A DNA stretch of 64,000 bases, from assembly GCA_951406725.2 (NCBI GenBank), contig OX597814.1:171306001-171370000 (forward strand), read 5' to 3'. Each line of letters starts with the position of its first letter. Position 1 is the first letter of the stretch. Both the position numbers and the translations under genes were made by a program. The notes under the pieces are model-generated. The model saw nothing but the letters and a program-made list of their open reading frames with translations, ran no database searches and was not told where the DNA came from. Positions 41,248-55,025 of this stretch are shown in pieces. The stretch comes from Octopus vulgaris (Eukaryota).

Positions 41248-41612
41248 TCTTTTATTCTTTTACTTAGAGCACCGGCTTGAATAGTTTTAGCCGAACAAAT
41301 CGACCGCAGGACTTATTTTTTTTAAAAGCCTATTACTTACTTTATCGGATATCTTCTGTCGAACCGCTAAGTTACGCGGACATAAACACACTAACAGCGG
41401 TGATAGGGGGACAAACACAGACACAAAGACACACTCACACACACATACAGAAAGACACACTCACACACACATACACACATACACACATACGACAAGCTTC
41501 TTTCAGTTTCCGTTGACCAAATCAACTCAAAAGGCTTTGATTGGCCCGAGGCTATGAGTAGAAGGCACTTGTCCAAGGCCCCACGCAGTGACGCTGAAGC
41601 TGGAACAATGTG
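41248..41612 (-). mobile_element. SINE family A, diverged
   Basis: Both halves recognisable. Confidence 0.75.
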
Positions 41613-41631
41613 GAATATATATATATATATA

Positions 41632-41699
<68 letters not shown>

Positions 41700-41839
41700 G
41701 CATATATATATGCATATATATATATCACGTGATCACGTGACCGACCAGACCATCAGATGTTGTTACACATCGCTGGTCACAATGCGTTCGCATTGTTTTA
41801 CCCTTCGAATGACGCCACCCCGCTGGCTAAGCGAGCAGG

Positions 41840-41878
<39 letters not shown>

Positions 41879-41912
41879 TACGAGCAGAAGCGAGCTGCTG
41901 CCAGCTTTAGCA

Positions 41913-41978
41913 GACGAGATGTCCAGTACTGATGAGAGACAGAAATAGCCCGAAACAGGCTGGTCTACTAGTCCCGTC
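41913..41978 (+). ncRNA. Type I hammerhead ribozyme motif with extended stem I
   Basis: AGTA(41925-28)-CTGATGA(41929-35)-stem II-GAAAC(41952-56)-AGGCTG-GTC(41963-65)-TACT; distal stem GACGAGA/TCCCGTC; stem II imperfect. Confidence 0.75.
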
Positions 41979-42803
41979 GCTAGAGGTTGGTAGGGATTCG
42001 CTCCCCTGCGTACACTGTCTCGGATGTAGCTGTGTATCGTTAACCAGCTTGAAGAGATGTCCTCTTGGGTTAAAACATCACAGTAAACTCAGTTTGAACG
42101 GAGAGCCATACTGAAGTGGCTACGAACATTATTTTTTTGTACAACTACTGTGTTGATCTTTTAGAGAGAATTTAGAACTAGCATGTTTGCTTGTGTGTGT
42201 GTGTGTACGTGTGTTTGTGTATATATGTATGTGTGCGCGTGTAATTAAATAAATCAATAGGTGGCTGGTAGCATACACAAACATGTGTACACAGAAACAC
42301 ACAGACACACACACATCTGCAAATACAGGGTAAAGAAACAATGAAATTTTGTCACCCCCTGTATAAGCAACCATTGCCCTTCCTCACAAATACAATCGCC
42401 CCATTTCAGAACTACCCACCCCTATTTAATATATATATACCCGTAGTACAAGTCACGTATTGCATGTATCCCCTTCAATCCTCTCTTCCCATCTCAACAG
42501 AATTTCCCTGATATTTGACACCCATTTATTGTTGTTTTTTACCTGAAAAGTCTTCGTTCCACTCCAGTCAACAAGAAAGCCTACGCGGTTTGTTGTTGCC
42601 TCTCCTAGAAACAGCAGCTAAACATCTTTCCAAACGTATCTTTTAGTTTATAGAAGTTTATATATATATATGTACACATATATCTTCTACAGCATATGTA
42701 TATATTATTGCTCTCTAAATTATATGAATGTATTTGTAGAATATATTTTGTTATATACACATATATATATATATATATAACATTTTTATATATGTATCAT
42801 ATA

Positions 42804-44007
42804 CGTGATTTGATCGATAAGTATCCGCACTGTTGCCATAGTAACAAAGCTAAAGCACGTAGAATGAAGCCGCTTGGCACAGATTGACCTTAAACTGTGT
42901 TTCGCGTGTGCTCTAAGTTTTAACTCTCTAGCTCACTTTGCTGTTTTCTAGCAGTGCTTGGAAGGAAGATGTCTAGCATGTGATCGTCGCATTGAACATG
43001 ACAGAGAAAGTTGAGCAGAGAATCTGCATCAAATGTTGTCAAAAGCTTGACGATACATGCTAAGAGGCCTATGCAAAATTTTGAAAAAGTTTTCATCGTT
43101 TTCGACTCAATCAAGGAGATCTTGTGCAACTGAAACCCGAGAGTCTTTTTGATTGGCTGAAAGCAGTTTTGGCACAGACTTGGCAGACATGCGTCTCATA
43201 ACCAAATCTTCAGTGATAATAGAGTGTAACTAATCTGCACATCCTCTGATAACTCACGGATGGTGATTCGACAATTTCCCCTCACAGTTGCCCGCACATC
43301 TCTCTATATATAAGCGGCAAAATGTCTGCATGTGTGTCCTTTATACAAATCCACAATTTTTCAGTTAGAGAGCTCGCACTTTCTATGGTCATTCAAAACC
43401 GTCCAAGGGTGGTCATGCACATCTTTACATTTCCCCAGTCACCCCGCAAGGCCATTAAAAAAATCAATAGAAGTGACTTTTTTGTGAATTTTCTATCCAA
43501 AACCCAATCAAAATGCCCGAAACTTGATATGCCAATTGAATGCCAACTAGTTGTATGTGATTGGTCGGAGATTAGGACAGTACTCGCGTGTATGTGCGCA
43601 CACACGCAGCTGTATATGCATGCACTAGCACTATGACCCGGCAACGTTCTGCTGGTTGAGAGTCTCCCAGAACGTTTGTCCATATCGACACTCTTTTGGC
43701 CATCTTAGAAACTCGTACTCTTGTGAGTGGTTCATACACTCCTCTCCATATACTTTCTGTAACATTGTGTAGGCCTCTCAGCAACTATCGCCATAACAAC
43801 TTTACTCTGTCATGGTCAATGCGACGATCACACACTACACACGTTCCTCCCAAGCACTGCTGTAAACAGCGGAAGAGAGATAGAATGTTAAAACTTGGTG
43901 CACATGCACAGCAGAGTTCAAGGTCAATCTTTGGTAAGCGGTTTCGCTCTGCATACTTTAGCTTCGTTACTATGGCAACAGTCCGGATACTTATTGATCA
44001 GAGCTCG
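42804..44007. mobile_element. Fold-back mariner derivative (irritans-like) made of two inverted 5' ends
   Basis: TA-flanked ends sharing TGATCrATAAGTATCCGsACTGTTGCCATAGTAAC; + arm MTEKVEQRICIK; - arm ...YGEECM...DKRSGRLSTSRT...RITIRELSED...SAKSVPKLL. Confidence 0.85.
43299..43646 (+). mobile_element. Non-autonomous Helitron, 3' end deleted, nested in mariner
   Basis: Starts TCTCTCTATATATAAGC like the 9939 element; stops at the half hairpin CCCGGCAACG; splits the transposase frame. Confidence 0.65.
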
Positions 44008-44256
44008 TATATTACCGAATATCAATAAAATGTTTTGCGTCTATATCAGACGTCTATAGTTATGACATATAAACATTTACGTTTATATGTATGGACGTGT
44101 ATGTGTATATATACTTAGATAAGTGTCATAGTTATGTTTAATATATATTACATATATCAGCTATACTCAATATATTATTTGAACATAAGGTATATTTATA
44201 TACATTACATAATACACATGTATGTATATGGATATGTATAAAGAGATCTATCTATC

Positions 44257-44420
<164 letters not shown>

Positions 44421-44513
44421 ATATACACACATTTATTAAGTAACATGCTTACATACATGTATATTTATGTACATATGTATCAAGATGTGTATAATTTATC
44501 TATGTGTGCGTGT

Positions 44514-44549
<36 letters not shown>

Positions 44550-44672
44550 CATGTTTATGTATATGTATCATATTTTAGCAATACTTATGTTTGTGCTGTG
44601 ATTACTAAACAAGTTGTAATTACTAAACATGAATTACTATACTAAACAAGCGGCATTGTTCAAGTCTTATTA

Positions 44673-44893
44673 AAGGCGATGAACTGGCAGAATCGTTAGC
44701 ACACCAGTCCAGATACATATTGACGTTTCTTTTTGACTCTTTACGTTCTGAGTTCAAATTCCACCTCGATCGGTTTTACATTTTAACCTTTCGGGTTCGA
44801 TGAAAATAAGTACTAGCTGAGCAGTGGTTTCGATGCAATCGACTAGCACCATCCCACAAAATGCCTGGACTTGTGCCTGTTCTTGAGAGGATT
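44673..44893 (+). mobile_element. SINE family B, diverged
   Basis: AGGCGATGAACTGGCAGAATCGTTAGC...GAGTTCAAATTCC...AAAATAAGTACTAG. Confidence 0.75.
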
Positions 44894-45104
44894 GTCCAAG
44901 CCTTATTGTTGTCATCGTACTCCGGCGTCTTGGCCAAACTGACAAATTCTATGGCAGAGGTGCAAGGAAAATGTCTACATTTTTAAGAAGTATAGGAAAA
45001 GTGAATATAACCATCTCTGCTCGTTAATCAAAAATTAATCAATAAATAATTTTTGTGAGCAATATGCTTCTCCCTAGAGCAGGATTGTTGTTACAATACG
45101 TTTT

Positions 45105-45201
<97 letters not shown>

Positions 45202-45260
45202 CGTACATACATGATGAATGAAACAAAAGAAATATACATGTTTATATATATATATATATA

Positions 45261-46178
45261 CAGGGTGTCCCAAAAATATGTATACACACTTTAGCAGCTG
45301 ATAACTCAATTGAAATTTTTTCTTTCGAGATGAAACCTATAGGATTTAATGATGGCAGTCAGATTAAGCTTTGAACAAAGAAAATTCATTCTAAAATGAT
45401 ACTGGAAGTGTGAAAATGCAGTTGAAGTGCAAAAACAGTTGGGTAGGGAGTTTCAAACAGATCCACCAATGCAACTCCCTATCACTTGAATTAGAGATAA
45501 GTTTGAAGCTGATGGAACTGTTCAGAATGTCCACGATAAGCATTCCAGAAGACCCCGAACATCAACAACCCCAACAGAGCAAGGAGTATTGGAAATGAAT
45601 CACCAAAATCCAAGTGGTTTATCATCAAGAGGATTAATTGGACCATTCTTTTGTTATGCTACTGTGACTGGTCCCGTTTACTTGAACTTGTTGCAACAGT
45701 CTGTTATGCCAAGCATTAGAGAAGACTTTGAAGATGAGTTTTATTTTCAGTAAGATGGGGCACCCCCACACTACCATTGCTATGTTAGATCATTCCTTGA
45801 TGAGATCTTGCTAAACAGGTGGATTGGATGAAGAGGTATGGTTGAATTCACCAGACCTCACACCACTAGACTTTTTTATGGGGATACCTTAAAGACAAAT
45901 TCTACGCTATGAAACCTACAAGTCGCTGATTTGAGAGCAGCCATTGGACGAGAGTGCACACAAATACCAAACAAATTCTTTTGTGATATTTGTGATTCCA
46001 TTCCTTTGCGTTGTCAGCAGTGCCTGGACCAGACCGGACATAAGTTTGAAAACAGGCGTTGACAAAACAATAAAATAATGTCTGTAGATTCTATTAAATT
46101 TTGAAAATGAAGTGTCTTTTAATAAACAACTACTTTACAATTGTTTAAAGTGTGCATGCATTTTTTGGGGACACCCTG
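45261..46178 (+). mobile_element. Tc1/mariner superfamily, DD41D (rosa)-type, internally deleted
   Basis: TIRs CAGGGTGTCCC...CACACTTTA; TA TSD; pseudogene MAVRLSFEQRKFILK...RRPRTST // LIGPFF...FQ*DGAPPHY...RWIG*RG...SPDLTPLDF, ending 46062. Confidence 0.9.
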
Positions 46179-46452
46179 TATATATATATATATATATATA
46201 TATACATCGATTTTGTATAGTTAATTTCCAACCGTTCGGGGTTCAGTTCCACTGCGTGGCACCTTGAGCAAATAGTCTCGGGCTAACCAAAATCTTGTAA
46301 GTGAATTTAAAAACGAAAACAAGCCTGTCATATAAGTATGTATGTATGTATGTATGTATGTATGTATGTATGTATGTATGTATGTATGTATGTATGTATG
46401 TATGTATGTATGTATGTACGTATGTACGTACGTACGTACGTATGTATGTATA

Positions 46453-46484
<32 letters not shown>

Positions 46485-46811
46485 ACTTTATAAATAAGGA
46501 TAAGATCGATATCTAAATATCGATCTTATCAAGTGGCCAGTATGGGAATAAAAACCTTACAAAGGTTAAGGACGAATAACACGGCAGCAAATGAATTGAG
46601 GTCAAAACAGAGAATACGATTGGTTAAAATTCGAAGAATTAAACTACGTAAAAGTTACAAAATACATTTTTCTCAAAAAAACTAATTGAAATTAATGTTT
46701 TTTTGACACATTCTACCAGTATACGAAGTTTCAAATTATTTAGTTAAGTAGAAAATTCTGTCCATCTTTTAGAAAAGATCCTTATTATTATTGTTATTAT
46801 TATTATTATCC

Positions 46812-46996
46812 AAGGCAAGGAGCTGACTGAATTGTTACTACGCCGGACGAAATGGTTGGCAGTATTTCCTCCGGCGCTACGTTCTGCGGTTGACTTCATC
46901 TTTTATCCTTTAGGGGTCGATAAAACAAGTACCAGTTGATATAATCGAATTGTCCCCTTCCCTCAAAATTCTGGCCTTGTGCCTCTAGTAGAAAAG

Positions 46997-46998
<2 letters not shown>
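46812..46998 (+). mobile_element. SINE B2 in (TTA)n
   Basis: Tail GGCCTTGTGCCTCTAGTAGAAAAG(ATT)n. Confidence 0.75.
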
Positions 46999-47088
<90 letters not shown>

Positions 47089-47369
47089 CTATGTGTGTAT
47101 TTTACATAATGTATGCGTATATTGCATTAAGAAAGGAAGATTTATATATTATGCAGACATATATATATATTAAATGATTTCAGAATATCACTATTTGGTT
47201 TGACTTCATTGTTATATCCATTATAACTCGATGCCAGTACGAACCACTTAAGCGGTTATTCTAACAACGAATTGAATAGTTTGATTTATTTGACTCGAGT
47301 CGAAAATTCTGGTACAGTGCAAAGCCTCTTGGCTTAACACGAAGTGTATATACATATGTATTCGTTCAT

Positions 47370-47603
47370 AGGTTTATTAGACCGGTTCCTGGGATTCTGT
47401 GACGTATCGATTCCCATCACCTACCCACCCACTCTGGACGAGACTCCCGTCCGATGGAGGATTTTTGCCAGCCGAGTGGACTAGAATATAAAAATATGAA
47501 ATAAGGTGTTTTCCTCGAGAACAAAACGCTTGCCTGGTTCTTGAATCAAAACCGCAATCTTATGCTCATGTGAGCAGGCCCCTGACCACTAAGCCATGCG
47601 CCT
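47370..47603 (-). mobile_element. Old tRNA-headed SINE of a further family (V/Meta-like body)
   Basis: Head GGCGCATGGCTTAGTGGTCAGG; body AGTCCACTCGGCTGGCAAAAAT...GGACGGGAGTCTCGTCCAG. Confidence 0.55.
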
Positions 47604-47682
47604 GTACAACATATAAAACGTATTTATATGTACAAATACACATACATATATACATGTATGTATGTATACACACATACATATT

Positions 47683-47719
<37 letters not shown>

Positions 47720-47843
47720 GCTTACACACATATATGTTTGAATATATAGTATATATAGTATATGTATATATATATACATATACTTTATAATATATAGTAT
47801 ATATAGTATATATATAATATATGTATATATATAATATACATAT

Positions 47844-47923
<80 letters not shown>

Positions 47924-47961
47924 TCATCATCATCATCATCTCATCATTATTATTATATACG

Positions 47962-47985
47962 TCACGTCTGATGATTTGACTTTCT

Positions 47986-48017
<32 letters not shown>

Positions 48018-48046
48018 ATATACATCACGTCTGATGATTTGACTTT

Positions 48047-48081
<35 letters not shown>

Positions 48082-48147
48082 GTCACGTCTGATGATTTGA
48101 CTTTCTGATGATTTGACTTTCTTCACGTCTGATGATTTGACTTTCTT
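47962..48147. repeat. Array of 25-bp TCACGTCTGATGATTTGACTTTCTT units with (TA)n spacers
   Basis: Copies at 47962, 48025, 48083 (24 bp), partial 48107, and 48123. Confidence 0.92.
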
Positions 48148-48541
48148 CTGCGCACGAAACTTAAAACAATGAATTTCTGAACAAACTGCAAAATCGTTTC
48201 ACACTCAACACAGTGCTTTAATGACACTATTCTCCTATTTGTTCCCTCATTCCTGTATGTTTTTTATGCTTGTTTGTGTTTGTGTGTATATGTGTGTGTA
48301 TGTGTGTGTGTGTGTGTGTGTACGTGCGCGAATGTGTGCGCACATATTTTTAGATACATATACATACACATACGTATAAGTATCTATATATGGATGTGTC
48401 TGTCTACATACACACATACATTCACACACAGACACACGCACATATACATGCACATACAAACACAATCCAAAAGATGCCCTGGAAGGTGCGACACGTTACC
48501 AAAGGGCGCGTAAAATTATTATTATTATTATTATTATTATT

Positions 48542-48597
<56 letters not shown>

Positions 48598-48599
48598 TA

Positions 48600-48712
<113 letters not shown>

Positions 48713-48742
48713 TGTTGTTGTTGTTGTAGAAGCTGTAGTATT

Positions 48743-48941
48743 AAGGCGGTGAGTTCTACAGAATCGTTAGCGCGCCGAACAAAATGCTGCTAATTGTCCC
48801 ACTTTACTTTCTGCGTTCAGTTTCGCCTTTCATCCCTTCAGGATTGATTAAATGAGTACCAGTTGAACAGTTAGTTGGTCGATGCAATCAATTAGACTCC
48901 TCTCCAAAATTTAAGGCCTTGTGCCTATAGTAGAAAGGATT
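48743..48941 (+). mobile_element. SINE B2
   Basis: Head AAGGCGGTGAG; tail TGTGCCTATAGTAGAAAGG(ATT)n. Confidence 0.75.
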
Positions 48942-49655
48942 ATTATTACAATTACTGTTCTTGTACACATTGAGCGAATCATGGCCCTGCAGGGCTTCCT
49001 ACGGTTCTTATTCTCCTCTGATAGTTTAAATATTCTTATTTTCATTCTGTTAAATATAAGTGCCTGCTTCTTTCTTTTTGTTCACCTTTTGTCAAGAATA
49101 CTGATGAAGTGTCTCGGTTGAATTTGTTACGTACCTGAACATAAAACCACACGCAACAAGATGTTTTGCCGGTTTTCTGAAACACGTGTGCGTTATATAA
49201 TGCATAAATACTGATTACTTTTTCTTTATTCTTCATACCAACCCCTCCACACATTCAAATATATATTTGGCATTAGTCTTCGTGTATGTCTTGCTTTTGG
49301 CTACGATTTCTCCGGCTGGATACCTCTCCTATAATCAAGGACTATATCGTTTGCCGTGTGTACTTGATATATTTTATCGAGGCACCGGCACCAGCATTGG
49401 AGAGGTTGTAATGTTATGGACAAGACGAGGATTTAATGTAATGCCTTTCTTGACACTATGCAGTACGTACCCATTCGTCAATCACTTCATTGAGCGTATG
49501 TATATGCATGCATTCATTCTTACATTCTTGAAATAATATATAATCTATATGCTTAAATTAAATAGGGGAACAACATAATGTTTTAAATAAAAATATCTCA
49601 TATTATAAAGAAGTATGTGATACATGCATTATCAAGTGTAGCCACAAACAAACAA

Positions 49656-49719
<64 letters not shown>

Positions 49720-50201
49720 AAATACGCGCGAGCGCACACAAATACGCATACATACACGTACACACATGCCTTGTCATGTTTGATAACACGTAGCAGATAT
49801 CTAGTAATGTGTACTGCTCAGCTATGCCTCAAATTAACTAAAAAGTCTTAAGATATAAACATCATAATTAAAGGCATTGCGTTTAGTCTGCCTGTGCGTG
49901 CGTGCGTGCATGCGTGCGTGTGCGTACACATGATATTTTGAATTTGTTTGTGTGTTTGTCTATGTGGTGTGTTGTGTGTGGTGTGTGGTGTGTGTGGTGT
50001 GTGTGTGTGCGTATATGCGCGCGCGATTTTGACAGTCGTATTGGGTTGTTACTTAACCTACTTCCGGTTCCTTCCGCCTCTCGCAATATATACAAAATTG
50101 GCTTGTGTTTTAAATAAGTAGGATAGTTCTGATAGAAATAAGAAATCTATGTACCCGTCACACACATACACCCGTACACACACGCACACACATATTCATG
50201 T

Positions 50202-50257
<56 letters not shown>

Positions 50258-50374
50258 ACACGATTTGTAGACACACTCAGACGACATCTGGGCTATGTAT
50301 GTAAATACATATGTAAATGTATATGATATTTATAACATGTATTATGTTATATCCATTACATGTATACATGCGTA

Positions 50375-50376
<2 letters not shown>

Positions 50377-50437
<61 letters not shown>

Positions 50438-50590
50438 GTATATATATATGTATATATATATATATATATATGTATATATAACATGTATTATGTTATATCC
50501 ATTACATGTATACATGCGTACCTATATATATATATATATATATGTATGTATATATGTATATATATATATATATATATGTATGTATATATG

Positions 50591-50621
<31 letters not shown>

Positions 50622-50708
50622 GTATATATATATGTATGTATATATGTATATATATATGTATGTATATATGTATATATATATATGTATATATATATGTATA
50701 TATATATG

Positions 50709-50739
<31 letters not shown>

Positions 50740-50814
50740 GTATATGTATATATATATGTATATGTATATATATATGTATATATATATGTATATGTATATA
50801 TATATGTATATATG

Positions 50815-50845
<31 letters not shown>

Positions 50846-50854
50846 GTATATATG

Positions 50855-50891
<37 letters not shown>

Positions 50892-51237
50892 GTATATATA
50901 TGTATATATATATATATGTATATATATGTATATATATATATGTATATATGTATATATATATGTATAAATATATGTATATATATATGTATATATATATATG
51001 TATATATATATATATAATATATATGTATATATATATATATAATATATGTATATATATATATATGTATATATGTATATATATATATATATATGTATATATA
51101 TGTATATATGTATATTATATATATGTATATATATGTATATGTATATATATGTATATATATATGTATATGTATATATATGTATATGTATATATATGTATAT
51201 GTATATATATGTATGTATATGTATATATATGTATATA

Positions 51238-51292
<55 letters not shown>

Positions 51293-51622
51293 ATATATGT
51301 ATATATGTATATATATGTATATATGTATATATGTATATATATGTATATATGTATATATGTATATATGTGTATATGTATATATGTATATGTATATATGTAT
51401 ATATATGTATATGTATATATGTATATATATGTATATGTATATATATGTATATGTATATATGTGTATATGTATATATGTATATATGTATATATGTATATGT
51501 ATATATGTATATGTATATATGTATATATGTATGTATATATGTATATATATATATGTATATATGTATATATATATATATGTTTTCATGTATATGTATATAT
51601 TAATATATATGATATTTCTGCC

Positions 51623-51669
<47 letters not shown>

Positions 51670-51670
51670 G

Positions 51671-51728
<58 letters not shown>

Positions 51729-51730
51729 CA
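50377..51730. repeat. Long (TA)n/(TATATG)n field
   Basis: Directly visible; source of the 624- and 635-aa spurious ORFs. Confidence 0.95.
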
Positions 51731-51780
51731 TATAACGTAAGTTTGAGGGTGATATATACATATATCACATATATATGCAT

Positions 51781-51836
<56 letters not shown>

Positions 51837-51955
51837 ACAGTTACAAATGTGCATATAAGCGATGCATGCATATATATATACACATGTGTATACATACCCA
51901 TACATATATATGTGTGTGTGACTGTGTGTCCATATACAATTATAATTATATAGAT

Positions 51956-52063
<108 letters not shown>

Positions 52064-52289
52064 CATATATATATATACAATTATATATATATACATATAT
52101 ACATATATATGCATATACATATAAATATATATATAGTCACAGTTACAAATGTGCATATAAGCGATGCATGCATATATATACACATGTGTATACATACACA
52201 CACACATATATGCATGCACACGTATCACGCATAGAGAGATTTTGACAATCTTAACGTCTCTCTGTGTGTGTGTGTATGAATGTGAATGA

Positions 52290-52320
<31 letters not shown>

Positions 52321-52473
52321 CCGGAGTAAACACATAAATGTGAAACAAGGTGGAAAAAAGAGAGTACTCAAATACCAGTGGTAGAGTAATATGCTTTATT
52401 TTAAGCAGCAGAAAATTCAACAAAATCACATATATGCATTGCCGTTCATCAGACAGTTTTTGCTAGAAAAAAA

Positions 52474-52511
52474 CTGTCTGATGAACGGCAACGAGAAACT
52501 CAGAGTAACAG
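52474..52511 (+). ncRNA. Minimal type I hammerhead ribozyme motif
   Basis: CTGT-CTGATGA-A-CG-GCAA-CG-A-GAAAC-TCAGA-GTA-ACAG; intact core, 4-bp stem I, GNRA loop II. Confidence 0.8.
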
Positions 52512-52540
52512 ATTTTGTTGAATTTTCTCTGCTTTGTAAA

Positions 52541-52656
<116 letters not shown>

Positions 52657-53361
52657 AAAGAGAAAGGGAGAGAGAGAGATAGACATAAAATCTCATACGC
52701 GTACAGACACATATATGTTTTATACATTTATATGTATGCCCATATAACATGTGTATATCGGTATGTATACGTATAACTATTCGAGAAAAGATAGAGGTGA
52801 AGAGAAAGAGGCAAAGAGAAAAAAAAGGAATGTACTCTGTGTATTTGAGTGTGTGTGTGTGCTTGCGCGACAGTGTAAGACATCGACATTATATATAATA
52901 CAGATTATTGAATCATACATAACGTTATATATATATATATATATCATAAATCTAATTACATTTCATCTCTATCCTGCATTGATATTACCCTATGTAAATA
53001 TTACAGGTGTAGCTGATATAGAGATCTGGCTGTGCCCCAATCGAACACGATCCATATTGTCCGTATTCCTATCATTACCATACCTGTCCCTTTTTTGGGG
53101 GTGGAGGTGGGGTGGGGTTGGAAAAGCAATGAGCCCTAAACTATATGTTTTTTTTTAGGATGATATGATGAAAACTTCAGGGTTACTCAAACTGTGTCTG
53201 TGTGTCTATTTGTCTGTCTGTTTCTATTTATCTGTCTGTCTATCAATTCTCATAATCGCGCGCACACACACACTCATATATAGATATATTATACATCTGG
53301 AAATATATACATGCATACATAAGATGCAAGCATGAAAACATACATACATATATATATATCA

Positions 53362-53463
<102 letters not shown>

Positions 53464-53491
53464 ATACATACGTATATATATATACACTTGC

Positions 53492-53550
<59 letters not shown>

Positions 53551-54419
53551 TCATATCATCATAAATGCAATCATAATAACAATTGTATATGTATATATAC
53601 ACACACATACCCATTTTTGCATGTAATAAATAGTATATACATTATGTATGTCTATATGTATATATAATAAATATATATTTGTATATATATATTGTATATA
53701 TATATATATATGTGTCTACATATATACATAATTATAGTTATATATATATATTTATATAACTATATGTATATATATAACTAAAACATACAAGCGGGCACAC
53801 ATAGATACATATATACATACGTGCACACACATACACATATGCACACACTTAAATGCATACATACATACATGCATACATACATACATACATACATACATAC
53901 ATACATACATACATACATGCATAAATACATACATACATGTGTATGCACACACACACAGACACATACACACTGATCCACACAAAAACAAACAAACAAACAA
54001 ACAAAAAGAACGCAACTCGGATAACGCAACGAAAATTGCAAGACACAATGAAAATTTTAGAAAAATATATAAGTAAATGAGTGGAAACCTAACCGGTGAG
54101 TGTGTTAAATGTTAAGGCACTAAACACTATAACTATAATTATATATATATAGAAATATATATGTGACGTATTCAGCTGTATGGTTAAATCAGCAAGGCAG
54201 GTCATACCCCTCACATAAAATAACAAACTATTATCATAGAATTATATAACATAAACCAGTAAAATTTAGCAAGTTTTGAAGATAACGAACCAACTCACCC
54301 TATGAAGTCCAGAATCTAAATACCTAACTTAAGGAAGCATAACAAAGCTAATACATATTACACACAAACATATTATTATCATTATTATTATTACTTATTA
54401 TTATTATTATTATTATTTA

Positions 54420-54484
<65 letters not shown>

Positions 54485-54523
54485 TATTATAATTATTATT
54501 ATTATTATTATTTATTATAATTA

Positions 54524-54625
<102 letters not shown>

Positions 54626-54636
54626 GTTGTTGTTGT

Positions 54637-54765
54637 TGAGTTCAAATGCCACCCATGTCAACTTTGCCTTTCATCCTTTCGGGGTCGATAAAATAAGTAC
54701 CATATGAACGCCAGGGTTGATGAAATTCCTGAACTTGCAGGCCTTGTACCAAAATTTGAAACTAT
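54637..54765 (+). mobile_element. SINE family B, 5'-truncated, in (TTA)n
   Basis: GAGTTCAAAT...CTTTGCCTTTCATCCTTTCGGGGTCGATAAAATAAGTACC. Confidence 0.8.
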
Positions 54766-54836
54766 TATTATTATATAATTATTACATACATATACATACA
54801 TACATATATATACATATATACATATAGAAGTATATA

Positions 54837-54896
<60 letters not shown>

Positions 54897-55025
54897 ATAT
54901 ATATAAATAGAAGGTGCTTACAGCATGGCCACAGCTCATAAGCTGAAACTAGAATCAATCAATCAATCAATCATATGTATAAAATACCAAACCTGTGAAG
55001 AATATAGAACTTTTATAAATAGAAG

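Noticed and set aside
47962-48147. CRISPR array or C/D snoRNA cluster
   Set aside because: Spacers are (TA)n, there are no cas genes and the context is eukaryotic; no box C...D architecture with a terminal stem.
50060-50085. ETS-like ACTTCCGG as a promoter
   Set aside because: A single short motif with no associated gene.
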